Source: a bacterium (GTDB taxonomy: Bacteria; Patescibacteriota; Minisyncoccia; JAHIHE01). Taken from it: 64,000 nucleotides of DNA. This document shows positions 1 through 9,833 of the stretch, one piece after another (within the stretch, counting starts at the first letter, position 1; each line of letters starts with the position of its first letter). Position numbers and translations under genes: made by a program. The stretch is taken from the NCBI GenBank assembly GCA_030693205.1, contig JAUYBG010000019.1, positions 14,496-78,495 on the forward strand, read 5' to 3'. Below the pieces are notes generated by a model. It was given only the letters and a program-made list of their open reading frames with translations, was not told the origin of the DNA and ran no database searches.

Positions 1-201
1 CTTACGGAGGCGTTGATGCTGAGACATATCGGTGGATCAAAAGGCGCGGATGCGATTGAACAAGCCGTTAGAAAAGTTTTACAGGACGGCTGGCGCACTG
101 CTGATTTATTCAGAGAAGGCGTTGATGATCCGGCTAAACTGCTCGGTACAAAAGGCATGGGAGCGAAAGTTCAGGAATATCTAAATAAAGAGGAAGTATA
201 A
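1..201 (+). CDS. leuB: C-terminal fragment of 3-isopropylmalate dehydrogenase-like protein; 5' end lies outside the window
   Basis: Open frame runs from position 1. The C-terminal sequence (LRHIGGS...AIEQAVRKVLQDGWRTADL) matches the conserved C-terminus of LeuB/isocitrate dehydrogenase-family enzymes. Confidence 0.5.
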   Translation, partial: LTEALMLRHIGGSKGADAIEQAVRKVLQDGWRTADLFREGVDDPAKLLGTKGMGAKVQEYLNKEEV

Positions 202-217
202 AAATATAAATAGTGTT

Positions 218-250
218 GGCGCTATCAACGAAGATAACGCCTCTTTTTTT
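218..250 (+). terminator. rho-independent terminator after the leuB-like gene
   Basis: 9-bp stem GGCGCTATC/GATAACGCC with one mismatch and a 6-nt loop, followed by TCTTTTTTTAT. Confidence 0.5.
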
Positions 251-375
251 ATTTAACAGTTTGGTATATCGGTATTCCGGTATTTAGTGGCTTTATAACA
301 GTAAATATGATATAATCGTAGCGATAAAAGGTTATTTTATATGTTTTTTTCGCTTTAACATTAGTGTTTTAATTA

Positions 376-1470
376 TTGTCTATAAATAGTATGGATTCAG
401 TAACTTTAGTTATTATAATATTTGGGATAACGATTTTAGCAATAGCTTATAAGACGTTTAAAAAACCGCAAGAGGATGAAAAGTCAGGAGCTGTAATGGA
501 AAGATTATCTCAACTTGCGGAACAAAATAGAGAGTTAAGGGGCGCCATTGACAGCAAGCTTTCTGAAACACATCGGGCTAATCAGGAGCATCTTCATCAG
601 ACCACAAATATTATTCAGAATATAACCGGACAATCCGCAAAATTAATTTCCGAAGTAACGGAAAAACTTACTAAGCTCGATGAAACCAATAAACAAGTAA
701 TTAATTTTTCCGCCCAGCTTCAAAATCTTCAGGATATATTAAAAAATCCCAAGCAAAGAGGAGTTCTGGGAGAATATTTTTTGGAAGAAACTCTCAAAAA
801 TATTTTACCCCCCAATTCTTATCAAATGCAATATCCTTTTAAGGACGGAACGATTGTCGATGCAGTTGTAAAGCTGAAAGACGGAATTGTTCCCATAGAT
901 TCAAAATTCTCTTTAGAAAATTATGAAAAAATTCTTTGCTCGCGGGATCAAAACGAAAAGGACAGGTTTGAAAAAGCGTTTAAACAGGATTTAAAAAATA
1001 GAATCGATGAAACATCAAAGTATATTAAGCCCGAAGAAGGCACAATGGACTTTGCTTTTATGTTCATACCATCCGAAGCGATTTATTACGATTTATTGGT
1101 AAATAAGATTGGAGCGGTGCAACTTAATACAAGAGATTTGATAGCGTATGCTTTTATAGAAAAACGGGTCATCATTGTTTCTCCTACGACTTTTTTTGCT
1201 TATCTTCAGACGGTTTTACACGGATTACGCGCCATGCAAATAGAAGAAAGCGCAAAAGGCATAAGAACCAATGTGGAAAAATTAGGCAAGCATCTCATTG
1301 CATACGATGAATTTATGAGGAAGCTTGGAACGAGCATGTCTACTTCCGTCAATCATTATAATAATGCGTATAAAGAATTCAAAAAAGTTGATAAAGATGT
1401 TGTAAAAATTACCGAAGGAGAATCACAAATTTCTCCAATAATGATAGATAAACCAAAGCTAGAAGAATAA
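376..1470 (+). CDS. rmuC: DNA recombination protein RmuC
   Basis: N-terminal TM segment and coiled-coil, then the conserved RmuC core (KQRGVLGEYFLEETLKNILP...YQMQYPFKDG). Confidence 0.75.
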   Translation: MSINSMDSVTLVIIIFGITILAIAYKTFKKPQEDEKSGAVMERLSQLAEQNRELRGAIDSKLSETHRANQEHLHQTTNIIQNITGQSAKLISEVTEKLTKLDETNKQVINFSAQLQNLQDILKNPKQRGVLGEYFLEETLKNILPPNSYQMQYPFKDGTIVDAVVKLKDGIVPIDSKFSLENYEKILCSRDQNEKDRFEKAFKQDLKNRIDETSKYIKPEEGTMDFAFMFIPSEAIYYDLLVNKIGAVQLNTRDLIAYAFIEKRVIIVSPTTFFAYLQTVLHGLRAMQIEESAKGIRTNVEKLGKHLIAYDEFMRKLGTSMSTSVNHYNNAYKEFKKVDKDVVKITEGESQISPIMIDKPKLEE

Positions 1471-1473
1471 AGT

Positions 1474-1842
1474 ATGAGATTTGAATTGTCTTTTTTGCGC
1501 CATAAGCCTTTTCTGATAATTTCCGCGGCAACTATCTTGGTTAATCTCGTCGCTTGGATTTTTGTTTTGTTTTTTTTGGAAAAAGGAAAATTCAATATAA
1601 TTCTGCATTATAATGTTTTGTTTGGCGTGGATTTTAAGGGTAAGCCGGAGCAGGCATTTATTATTCCCTTGATAAGCTTGGTAATATTTTTTCTGAACGC
1701 GATAATCATCGAGTTTGTTTATAAAAAAGAAAAGTTTATCGCTTATCTTTTGCTTTCAACTTCATTGGTCTGCCAGATCTTTGCCGTAATAGCTATTTTT
1801 ACGATCATTTTAATAAATAGCAGCGGCGCATATCAATTTTAG
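1474..1842 (+). CDS. small integral membrane protein (hypothetical)
   Basis: 122 aa with 3-4 hydrophobic helices; starts 4 nt after the rmuC stop. Confidence 0.45.
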   Translation: MRFELSFLRHKPFLIISAATILVNLVAWIFVLFFLEKGKFNIILHYNVLFGVDFKGKPEQAFIIPLISLVIFFLNAIIIEFVYKKEKFIAYLLLSTSLVCQIFAVIAIFTIILINSSGAYQF

Positions 1843-1964
1843 CCGCCGATATTGAAAAAATGGATCATAAGCCGATTTAAATTATAAAATTTTATTAATG
1901 AAAAATTATGAAACCCGTTAGAAATAAGTAATTTATTATATTTTAACGATGTTTCCTTAATACT

Positions 1965-3548
1965 ATGTCTTCAAAAATTTCTAACGGGTTGAACGCGCTT
2001 GATTTTCCCACACCGCGCACAACTAACGCGCACGATTTTTATCTTCAAAGATTTGGCGAGATTTTGCCCGGTTTTTTAACCTGGTCGACTTTTTTCATAG
2101 CTATTTTGGCGGCGATATATTATCCCGTGCACTTAGCGGTTTTTATGATCGTTTTCGATGTTTTTTGGCTGATCAAAGCTATATTTATTTCGATCCATCT
2201 GGTGGATGGATATACCAAACTAAAAGAAAATCTTAAAATAGATTGGTTTAGCCGCGTAAAAAAAATAAAAAATTGGGAAAAAATTTATCATGTCGTAATT
2301 TTTCCTGTCTATAAAGAAGGGCTGGAAATTATTCGTCCGTCAATCCAGTCGATAGTGGATTCTAATTATCCGAAAGACAAACTGATCGTGGTTTTAACTT
2401 TTGAAGAGCGTTCGGGGCACAAGCTGGTTAAAAAAAGAATCGAAGCGATGCAAAAAGAATTTTCCGATAAATTTTTTATTTTTTTGGTCACTGTTCATCC
2501 TGATGGCATATCCGGCGAAGCAAAAGTAAAAGGCGCTAATCTGACCTGGGCCGCTAAAAAAATCAAAAAAATAATCGATGAAAAGAAATTAAAATACGAG
2601 AATGTGGTAGTATCCACTCTTGATTGCGACAGCCGCGCCCACTCTCAGTATTTAGCGGCGCTATCTTATACTTACTTGAATAATCCCAATCCCACTCGTT
2701 CAAGTTATCAGCCGCTTCCGATGTTTTTTAATAATATTTGGGACACGACTTCGATTTCCCGGGTAATTATTACCGGTTCGGCTTTTTGGAATATGATCCA
2801 AGCTACTCGGCCGGAGCGCATAGTTACGTATACCAGTCATAGTATGAGTTTTAAAGCGGTTATCGACGTAAATTATTGGCCGGTAAATATGATTTCCGAT
2901 GATTCGATCATATTTTGGAAATGCTTTATTGTTTTTGAAGGTAAGTATGACATTAAGCCGATTTTTTTGCCTATCTATATGGATGCGGTTCAAGCCAAAA
3001 CCGCGTGGCTGACGCTTGTCAATCAGTATAAACAATATCGCCGGTGGGCGTATGGCGCGGAAAATACCGCAATAATTTTAAGAGGATTTCTTAAATATGA
3101 TAAAGTTCCTTTGAAGGAAAAAATTATCAGGATGTGGTCGGAAATTTACGGTAGGCATTCCTGGGCCACTTCTTCCGTGATGGTGGCGACATTCGGCTGG
3201 TTGCCGTTTATTTTCGGAGGGGATGTTTTTAAAAGTTCGGTTCTGGCTTCTAATTTGCCCGGCACACTAAGAACATTGATGTTTATAACAATGTTCGGCC
3301 TTTTTATTTCAGCTTTTCTCTCTGTTCTTGTTGTTCCGCCTAACCCGAAATTTAAAGGCAAGAAAGGTTATTTACGATTGATGCTGGAATGGATATTATT
3401 GCCAATCGTGGCTATTCCTATGGGGACATTGCCGGCGATCGATGCTCAGACGCGTCTGATGTTTGGAAAATATATGCAATTTTGGGTGACGCCGAAAATG
3501 AGAAAAGAGAGTGCCTCGAACGAAGCAATAATATTGGAAAATAAGTAA
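1965..3548 (+). CDS. membrane glycosyltransferase family 2 (processive cellulose/chitin synthase-like)
   Basis: N- and C-terminal TM helices; acidic motifs (TLDCDS); QxxRW-like motif (QYRRWAYG) typical of processive GT2 enzymes. Confidence 0.6.
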   Translation: MSSKISNGLNALDFPTPRTTNAHDFYLQRFGEILPGFLTWSTFFIAILAAIYYPVHLAVFMIVFDVFWLIKAIFISIHLVDGYTKLKENLKIDWFSRVKKIKNWEKIYHVVIFPVYKEGLEIIRPSIQSIVDSNYPKDKLIVVLTFEERSGHKLVKKRIEAMQKEFSDKFFIFLVTVHPDGISGEAKVKGANLTWAAKKIKKIIDEKKLKYENVVVSTLDCDSRAHSQYLAALSYTYLNNPNPTRSSYQPLPMFFNNIWDTTSISRVIITGSAFWNMIQATRPERIVTYTSHSMSFKAVIDVNYWPVNMISDDSIIFWKCFIVFEGKYDIKPIFLPIYMDAVQAKTAWLTLVNQYKQYRRWAYGAENTAIILRGFLKYDKVPLKEKIIRMWSEIYGRHSWATSSVMVATFGWLPFIFGGDVFKSSVLASNLPGTLRTLMFITMFGLFISAFLSVLVVPPNPKFKGKKGYLRLMLEWILLPIVAIPMGTLPAIDAQTRLMFGKYMQFWVTPKMRKESASNEAIILENK

Positions 3549-3591
3549 AAATTATAAATTAGCAATTAATTGAATTTTATAAACGCTCCAT

Positions 3592-4650
3592 ATGTTTTTT
3601 CTTTATTTTATTCCATTTATAGTCGGTTTTTTCTTGTCTTTATTTCTAACCTTATTTTTAATTAAAATATTTCCCAAACTCGGGATTTTTTTTCCGGCTG
3701 GCAAGCGGAATTTTTATAGCAATAACATTCCTCGGATCGGAGGCATCGCCATAATAGGCGCTTTTTTATCGGCCATTTTTTTTGTTGGCAATTTGGAATT
3801 TGATAATTTAAAATGGGGGATAGTGATCTCTTCCGTTGCAATACTTTTTTTTGGGTTTATTGACGATATTAAAAAATTATCGTGGAAAAAACAATTTTTT
3901 GCGCAAATAATTGTAGCATTGGTAATGATCTATATGGGTCTCACGGTTCAATATATCGCTAATCCGTTTGGCGGAGCGGAATTCAGGCTGGATAGCCTTG
4001 TATTGGGAATAGCCGGCCATCAATATTATTTTTTTAGCTCAATATTTATTTTATTTTTAGTAGTGGGGTTTATGAATATTGTTAATTGGCTCGACGGGCT
4101 CGACGGGCTCGCGGGAGGCGTGGGAATTATCGGATTTTTGACTTTATTTTTTTTAAGCATTTCAAGCCTGGTAGATCAGCCTCCGTTGGGAATAATTTCG
4201 ATAGCCGCCACTGGCGCGATTTTGGGTTTTTTGCCGTTTAATTTTTATCCGGCAAAAATATTTATGGGCACTAGCGGGTCGATGTTTATCGGATTTTTAT
4301 TGGCGGTAGTTTCGATTTTTAGCGGAGTTAAGCTCGCGACGGTGGCGCTGGTTTTGACCATTCCAATTCTAGATGCTATTTGGGTGATCGTTCGGCGCAT
4401 AAAAAACAGATCATCGATTTTTTCTGGAGACAAAACCCATCTTCATTATCGTTTATTGGAGCTTGGTTTTTCGCAAAAGAAAATCGTATTTTTTTATTAT
4501 AGCTTAAGTATTTTTTTCGGTTTTATCGCGCTTAAATTAGGCGGTTTGGGAAAATTTATCGCTTTTTTTATTTTTATTTCACTGGTTATATTATTTGTAA
4601 ATTTAGCCGAGAATCGTTTTAGTGTGAAACAAAATAAGAAAAATAGATAA
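3592..4650 (+). CDS. glycosyltransferase family 4, MraY/WecA-type polyprenyl-phosphate sugar-1-phosphate transferase
   Basis: Polytopic membrane protein with IDDxxK and NxxNxxDGxDGLA motifs (MNIVNWLDGLDGLAGG). Confidence 0.7.
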   Translation: MFFLYFIPFIVGFFLSLFLTLFLIKIFPKLGIFFPAGKRNFYSNNIPRIGGIAIIGAFLSAIFFVGNLEFDNLKWGIVISSVAILFFGFIDDIKKLSWKKQFFAQIIVALVMIYMGLTVQYIANPFGGAEFRLDSLVLGIAGHQYYFFSSIFILFLVVGFMNIVNWLDGLDGLAGGVGIIGFLTLFFLSISSLVDQPPLGIISIAATGAILGFLPFNFYPAKIFMGTSGSMFIGFLLAVVSIFSGVKLATVALVLTIPILDAIWVIVRRIKNRSSIFSGDKTHLHYRLLELGFSQKKIVFFYYSLSIFFGFIALKLGGLGKFIAFFIFISLVILFVNLAENRFSVKQNKKNR

Positions 4651-4728
4651 AGACAAATCATTCTTGAGCATATAAAAACAGCCCTGATTCGTTTGGACTG
4701 TTTTTTATAATTAGTTTCGGTATTTATT

Positions 4729-6009
4729 TTAGAGATTTATGCCGATTTTAGCCAGCCATAATCCCAAAATTATCATAACCGCTCCAATTAAAACTTTGAT
4801 CATTTTGCGGGTATCTTTGCGCAAGCTCTGAAGCCGGTTAATATCCAAGCCCCAGGCCGCGGCAAATAGGATTATTATGAGAGGCAGGACAAAAATAAAA
4901 TTATACAGAAGCAAGTAAAGATGAGCTTGGGTTTTTAATCCTTCCTGGCTCATTAAGCTAAGGATTGCCAAATAGACTTGTCCGGTGCAAGGCAGTTCGA
5001 CGAGCGAGACTATTACTCCCGCGATAAGAACCGCCGGAATAGTGCCCTTTTCAATGTATTTTATAAACAAGCTTTTGGTTTTTTCCGGTATGACCAGGAG
5101 TTGTTTCGTTTGAGGCAGCAGGCCTTCCTTGATGCTTATGAATCCGCCGATGATCGTCAGTCCGCCGAAGATAAGCATAAAAGGATTCGAGATCTTCAGA
5201 AAAAAATCATGAGCCATTAGGGACAGTATGCCGATTCCGGCCGCGTAATAGGTGGCAAAAACCGTGCCAATATAAAATAAGCCAACAGTAATAATTCTTT
5301 TTTTGTTTGCTTTCAGGATAAGCAAGACGGACAGCAGGAAGATCAATACGGCGATGGCGCAAGGATTGACCGAATCAATAACCGCCGTACTAATGATCAA
5401 GCCGAGAGAAATATTTTTTACCGTATCGTTTTTAGGCTTGGTGTCGGCCGGGTTTTCTATGCTGCAAAAATCTTCCGAATCGATCGCGCTGCAAGACCCC
5501 AGATCCGGATTATCCGTGGAGTGATTGCCTTTGGTCCAATCTTCCAAAAATTTGTGGCAATCCAGTTTTAGTTCTTCTTTGGCCGCGATCTTTTCATTGA
5601 TCTTGGATTCTAGTTTTTTTTCAATTTCATCAGCGCCCGACAGATAGTCATTTCCGATAAATATTAATGGAACTTTTGGATTTCCGGTTAAGCCGTAAGT
5701 TTCTATGAATTTAAAAAACAATTGTCGGCACTCTTCTTTTTCTTTGACGTCATGCTCCAGAAAATCAATCTTGTCTTTATATTTTTCTTTGATCGTTTCG
5801 ATGAAAGGCTTTATGCCGGCGCACCTGGGGCAATCATAAGCATAAAAATAAAGCACTCTGATCTTTTGCGTCTGAGTTAGCGACAGCACGTTTGTATTTT
5901 CCGCTTTCAGATCGTTCGTCGGGAATAAGATCGCGGCGGAAATTAGCGTTATAAGAAATAATTTTAAAACTTTTTTAAACATAAATTTATATATTTTAGC
6001 ATTACGCAA
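4729..6009 (-). CDS. thioredoxin-fold domain fused to a CcdA/DsbD-type thiol:disulfide transporter membrane domain
   Basis: N-terminal signal/TM, then a glutaredoxin/thioredoxin-like CPRC motif (YFYAYDCPRCAG). C-terminal polytopic domain carries the two conserved CcdA cysteines (DSVNPCAIAVL ... VELPCTGQVY). Confidence 0.65.
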   Translation of the reverse strand: MRNAKIYKFMFKKVLKLFLITLISAAILFPTNDLKAENTNVLSLTQTQKIRVLYFYAYDCPRCAGIKPFIETIKEKYKDKIDFLEHDVKEKEECRQLFFKFIETYGLTGNPKVPLIFIGNDYLSGADEIEKKLESKINEKIAAKEELKLDCHKFLEDWTKGNHSTDNPDLGSCSAIDSEDFCSIENPADTKPKNDTVKNISLGLIISTAVIDSVNPCAIAVLIFLLSVLLILKANKKRIITVGLFYIGTVFATYYAAGIGILSLMAHDFFLKISNPFMLIFGGLTIIGGFISIKEGLLPQTKQLLVIPEKTKSLFIKYIEKGTIPAVLIAGVIVSLVELPCTGQVYLAILSLMSQEGLKTQAHLYLLLYNFIFVLPLIIILFAAAWGLDINRLQSLRKDTRKMIKVLIGAVMIILGLWLAKIGINL

Positions 6010-6073
6010 TGCTTATATAATAACAGAATGAGAATATTTGTAAACTGCGGCTGATGGATAGAAAAGCTTGATG

Positions 6074-6102
6074 TTGACATATATTTTTAAACAGGTTATA
6101 AT
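6074..6102 (+). promoter_or_regulatory. consensus sigma70-type promoter for the 6128..6454 gene
   Basis: TTGACA (6074-6079), 17-nt spacer, TATAAT (6097-6102); AGGAGG Shine-Dalgarno follows, then the ATG at 6128. Confidence 0.5.
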
Positions 6103-6127
6103 AGTGTTTCATTAAGGAGGTCAGTTT

Positions 6128-6454
6128 ATGGAAATAAAAACAGACCTAAATGTTAAGGGTCTCATAAAAGCTCTAAAAGAGCACGGAATAGTTGTGAGCA
6201 AAGGAAAAAATGGAATCGAAATCGATTCTAGTGGAGTTTTTTTGGAAGGAGTTCTTCCTCCCGGGGAAACCGGAAAAAGGAAACGAATTATTCGTTTCTT
6301 TGAAAGGGGGGATGAGTCTATAGACCCATCATTTTATGGTTTTATGGCTTACCTTGCAAAAAAAGGTCCAAAAATTATAATTCGACCTTTGCCTAAAAAA
6401 AACCCGGAGACCGTAAAAAGTCTCCTTCTTTTTGGTCAAGTGGCAACATTTTAA
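6128..6454 (+). CDS. hypothetical protein (108 aa)
   Basis: Strong SD (TAAGGAGGT) 7 nt upstream of the ATG and a consensus promoter upstream; no recognisable domain. Confidence 0.5.
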   Translation: MEIKTDLNVKGLIKALKEHGIVVSKGKNGIEIDSSGVFLEGVLPPGETGKRKRIIRFFERGDESIDPSFYGFMAYLAKKGPKIIIRPLPKKNPETVKSLLLFGQVATF

Positions 6455-6501
6455 TTAAAAATTTTAGACAAAATCATAAAATTAGCATAAGATATTATTA
6501 T

Positions 6502-9486
6502 ATGGATAAAATTATAATTAGAGGCGCCAGAGAGCATAATCTGAAAAATATTGACCTGGATCTGCCGCGGGACAAATTCATAGTTTTTACGGGCGTGTCC
6601 GGTTCGGGCAAGTCGACTTTGGCTATGGATACGATTTTCGCCGAAGGTCAGAGGCGGTATTTGGAAAGTTTGTCGAGCTATGCCCGCCAATTTTTAGGCC
6701 AGATGCAAAAACCGGATGTCGATCATATCGAAGGGCTTTCGCCGACGATCGCGATCGATCAAAAATCCGCTTCGCATAATCCGCGCTCCACTGTGGGGAC
6801 AGTGACGGAAATTTATGATTATATGAGGCTTTTATTCGCGCGGGTCGGCACGCCGTATTGCGTGCGCTGTGGACGCGCGATCACTAAACTAACGATCGAA
6901 GAAATGGTGGATAAGGTTTTCGAATTATCGGAAGGAACTGAAATTCAGATCTTCGCTCCGGTGGTACAAGAGCGAAAAGGCGAGTATCGCGAATTATTTC
7001 AAATGTTTATAGGGAGAGGTTTTACTAAAGCCAGAGTGGATGGAAAAATAATTGAGCTGAAAAAAACCCTGCCTGCCGGCCCGCTTCGCCATAGCTTTAG
7101 CGAGGCGAGTAGGCAGGCGCCGGTGCTTGAGCGGTATAAAATGCATACGATCGAAATTTTAATTGACGAGCTGAAAATTTCGCACGTGAATATCAGCCGG
7201 ATATTTGAGAGTATAGAAAGCGCGGTAAAAATGGCGGATGGCATTGCAGTGGTTTCGCCAGTTATGAAAGGCAAGATCCATAAAGCTACCCTTCGACACT
7301 CCGATAGTGAACGGAATGCTCAGGGCAAGAAAATGAAGGAAGATGGCGAATTGATATTTAATTCCAATCTTGCTTGCTCGCACTGTGATTTGAGTTTCCC
7401 GGATCTTGAGCCGCGGCTTTTTTCTTTTAACAGTCCTTTTGGCGCTTGTCCGGAATGCACGGGGCTCGGCGAGAAAAAAGAAATTGATATTAACCTGATC
7501 ATGCCGGATAAAGATAAGACGATTTTTGAAGGAGGCTTTTTGCCCTGGAGCTTTACGCCGAATAATTATTATGGCGCGATCATGAAAGCGGTTTCCGAGA
7601 TGTATGATATTCCGATCAATACCAGGATAAAAGATATACCGGAGGAAAAAATAAGCTTGATTTTTAATGGACCTGAAACGCCGGAAGATTTGAAAATAAA
7701 ATATTTTTTCCACGGGCGATCAAGGGTTTTTTATACTGAGTTCAAAGGCCTAATGAAACATTTGCGCGATAGGTACGCTCGCACAGAGAGCGAATCGGTG
7801 CGCGAGGAAATAGAAAAATATATGGCGATCTATCCGTGTCCGGTCTGCGGCGGCACGCGTCTGAAGCCGGAAGCCTTGAGCGTAAAGATCGGCGACAAGA
7901 ATATTTCCGAGGTTTCTTCCCAGTCGATTTATCTTACCCGCCGATTTTTTGATAAAATAACCCATTCGACAAGCTCAGGGTCAATGAAATTAAGCGCCCG
8001 GCAGGCGATAATCGCCAGGGATATTATCAAAGAGATAAAAAATCGTTTGAAATTCCTGGATGATGTGGGTTTGGGATATTTGACCCTGACGCGCGCGGCG
8101 ATGACCTTGGCAGGAGGCGAAGCGCAAAGGATCCGGCTGGCATCGCAATTGGGATCAGCCTTAGTCGGAGTGCTATATATTCTGGATGAGCCGTCGGTTG
8201 GTTTGCACGCCCGCGATCATTATAAATTGCTTGGAACGCTTAAGAGATTGCGGGATATCGGCAATACGGTCATTGTGATCGAGCATGACGAAGAAACTAT
8301 TCGCGAGGCGGATTGGATCGTGGATATCGGGCCCGGAGCCGGCGAAAACGGAGGGCGGGTCGTAGCGGAAGGCGCTTTTCAAGATGTTTTGAAATCCAAA
8401 GAGTCGCTTACCGCGCAATATTTGCGAGGCGCAAAAAGCATTTCTATTCCTGCCCAAAGGCGAAAAACCAAGAATCATTTTTTGACGATTACCGGCGCCA
8501 ATGAAAATAATCTGAAAAACGTAAAAGTCGAGATCCCCTTGGGCGTGTTTACGCTCGTGACCGGAGTTTCCGGCAGCGGGAAATCGACCTTGATAAACGA
8601 TATTCTTTATCGGGCGCTGGCGAGGAAATTTTATCGCGCGATGGAGCGGCCCGGAAAATACAAAGAATTGAAAGGCGATAACTATCTGGATAAAGTGATC
8701 GTGATCGATCAGTCGCCGATCGGACGCACGCCGAGATCAAATCCCGCGACTTATACCGGAGTTTTTACGCATATCAGAGAATTATTCGCATCGGTTAAGG
8801 AAGCAAAAGTGCGCGGATACGAGCCGGGCCGATTCAGTTTCAATGTCGTTGGCGGCCGGTGCGAGGCCTGCAAGGGCGAGGGTTATAATAAGATCGAGAT
8901 GCAATTTTTGCCGGATGTTTATATCGCCTGCGATATTTGCAAGGGCAAGCGCTATGGACGGGAAACGCTGGAAATAAAGTACAAGGGAAAAAATATTTCC
9001 GAAGTTTTGGCTTTGAGCATTGACGAGGCACTGGAATTTTTCAGAGATATTTTCCAGATCAAAGATACTTTGCAGGTGATCTCGGATGTCGGCTTAGGAT
9101 ATATCAAGCTTGGGCAATCAGCCACCACGCTTTCGGGCGGAGAAGCGCAAAGAGTAAAATTGGCGTCCGAACTGGCCAAACGCGCCACAGGCAAAACGCT
9201 TTATATTCTTGATGAACCCACTACCGGCTTGCATTTTGACGATATCAAAAAATTATTGAATGTCTTGCACCGCCTGGTTGATGGCGGGAATTCGGTTATC
9301 GTGATCGAGCATAATCTCGACGTGATCAAACAGGCGGATTGGATAATCGATATGGGGCCGGAAGGCGGCGAGCACGGCGGCCGGATCATTGCCCAGGGTC
9401 CGCCGGAAGAAATTATAAAATACAAAGAAAGCTATACAGGGCAGTTTCTTAAAAAAGCGTTGAGATCAACAAAGAACAATCTTTAA
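6502..9486 (+). CDS. uvrA: excinuclease ABC subunit A
   Basis: 994 aa with duplicated ABC ATPase modules (GVSGSGKSTL twice, LSGGEAQR twice) and Zn-finger CxxC pairs; N-terminus is canonical UvrA (MDKIIIRGAREHNLKNIDLDLP). Confidence 0.95.
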   Translation: MDKIIIRGAREHNLKNIDLDLPRDKFIVFTGVSGSGKSTLAMDTIFAEGQRRYLESLSSYARQFLGQMQKPDVDHIEGLSPTIAIDQKSASHNPRSTVGTVTEIYDYMRLLFARVGTPYCVRCGRAITKLTIEEMVDKVFELSEGTEIQIFAPVVQERKGEYRELFQMFIGRGFTKARVDGKIIELKKTLPAGPLRHSFSEASRQAPVLERYKMHTIEILIDELKISHVNISRIFESIESAVKMADGIAVVSPVMKGKIHKATLRHSDSERNAQGKKMKEDGELIFNSNLACSHCDLSFPDLEPRLFSFNSPFGACPECTGLGEKKEIDINLIMPDKDKTIFEGGFLPWSFTPNNYYGAIMKAVSEMYDIPINTRIKDIPEEKISLIFNGPETPEDLKIKYFFHGRSRVFYTEFKGLMKHLRDRYARTESESVREEIEKYMAIYPCPVCGGTRLKPEALSVKIGDKNISEVSSQSIYLTRRFFDKITHSTSSGSMKLSARQAIIARDIIKEIKNRLKFLDDVGLGYLTLTRAAMTLAGGEAQRIRLASQLGSALVGVLYILDEPSVGLHARDHYKLLGTLKRLRDIGNTVIVIEHDEETIREADWIVDIGPGAGENGGRVVAEGAFQDVLKSKESLTAQYLRGAKSISIPAQRRKTKNHFLTITGANENNLKNVKVEIPLGVFTLVTGVSGSGKSTLINDILYRALARKFYRAMERPGKYKELKGDNYLDKVIVIDQSPIGRTPRSNPATYTGVFTHIRELFASVKEAKVRGYEPGRFSFNVVGGRCEACKGEGYNKIEMQFLPDVYIACDICKGKRYGRETLEIKYKGKNISEVLALSIDEALEFFRDIFQIKDTLQVISDVGLGYIKLGQSATTLSGGEAQRVKLASELAKRATGKTLYILDEPTTGLHFDDIKKLLNVLHRLVDGGNSVIVIEHNLDVIKQADWIIDMGPEGGEHGGRIIAQGPPEEIIKYKESYTGQFLKKALRSTKNNL

Positions 9487-9496
9487 AATAAAAAAA

Positions 9497-9515
9497 TCCA
9501 TGTAAGAACATGGAA
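9497..9515. terminator. hairpin between convergent uvrA and the 9517..9789 gene (weak bidirectional terminator)
   Basis: TCCATGT-aagaa-ACATGGA stem-loop flanked by A/T-rich runs. Confidence 0.35.
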
Positions 9516-9516
9516 A

Positions 9517-9789
9517 TTAATAATTTTTGTTGTGGTGGTATTCTTTGTGGCGGTAGTATAACACGCCGTCTTTTATCTTAGCGTATAGCAATTTGTCTGA
9601 CCTTGATCTTTTGATCGCTTCCTCAATAACGGCCTTACTGTATATTTCTTTTTTATATACTTGGTACATTATGTCATAGAGTTCATCTATGCTGTACCAT
9701 TGGCCGTCAGGACACATGAAGTTGTCTAGCGAAAACATTGCCGTTTTTACTTCTTTTTCATATTGTTTACCTTTACTTTCTTTTGGCAT
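9517..9789 (-). CDS. hypothetical protein (90 aa)
   Basis: AGGAGG Shine-Dalgarno 6 nt upstream of the ATG on the minus strand; no recognisable domain. Confidence 0.45.
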   Translation of the reverse strand: MPKESKGKQYEKEVKTAMFSLDNFMCPDGQWYSIDELYDIMYQVYKKEIYSKAVIEEAIKRSRSDKLLYAKIKDGVLYYRHKEYHHNKNY

Positions 9790-9833
9790 AAACCGCCTCC
9801 TTGATTTTTTAACTCTAGCAATTTATTATAAAA

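Noticed and set aside
6999-9425. Numerous 60-180-aa minus-strand ORFs inside uvrA (for example 7159..7713, 8173..8478, 8952..9194)
   Set aside because: They are shadow ORFs antisense to a highly conserved 994-aa gene, with no RBS and low-complexity, Arg/Ser-rich translations.
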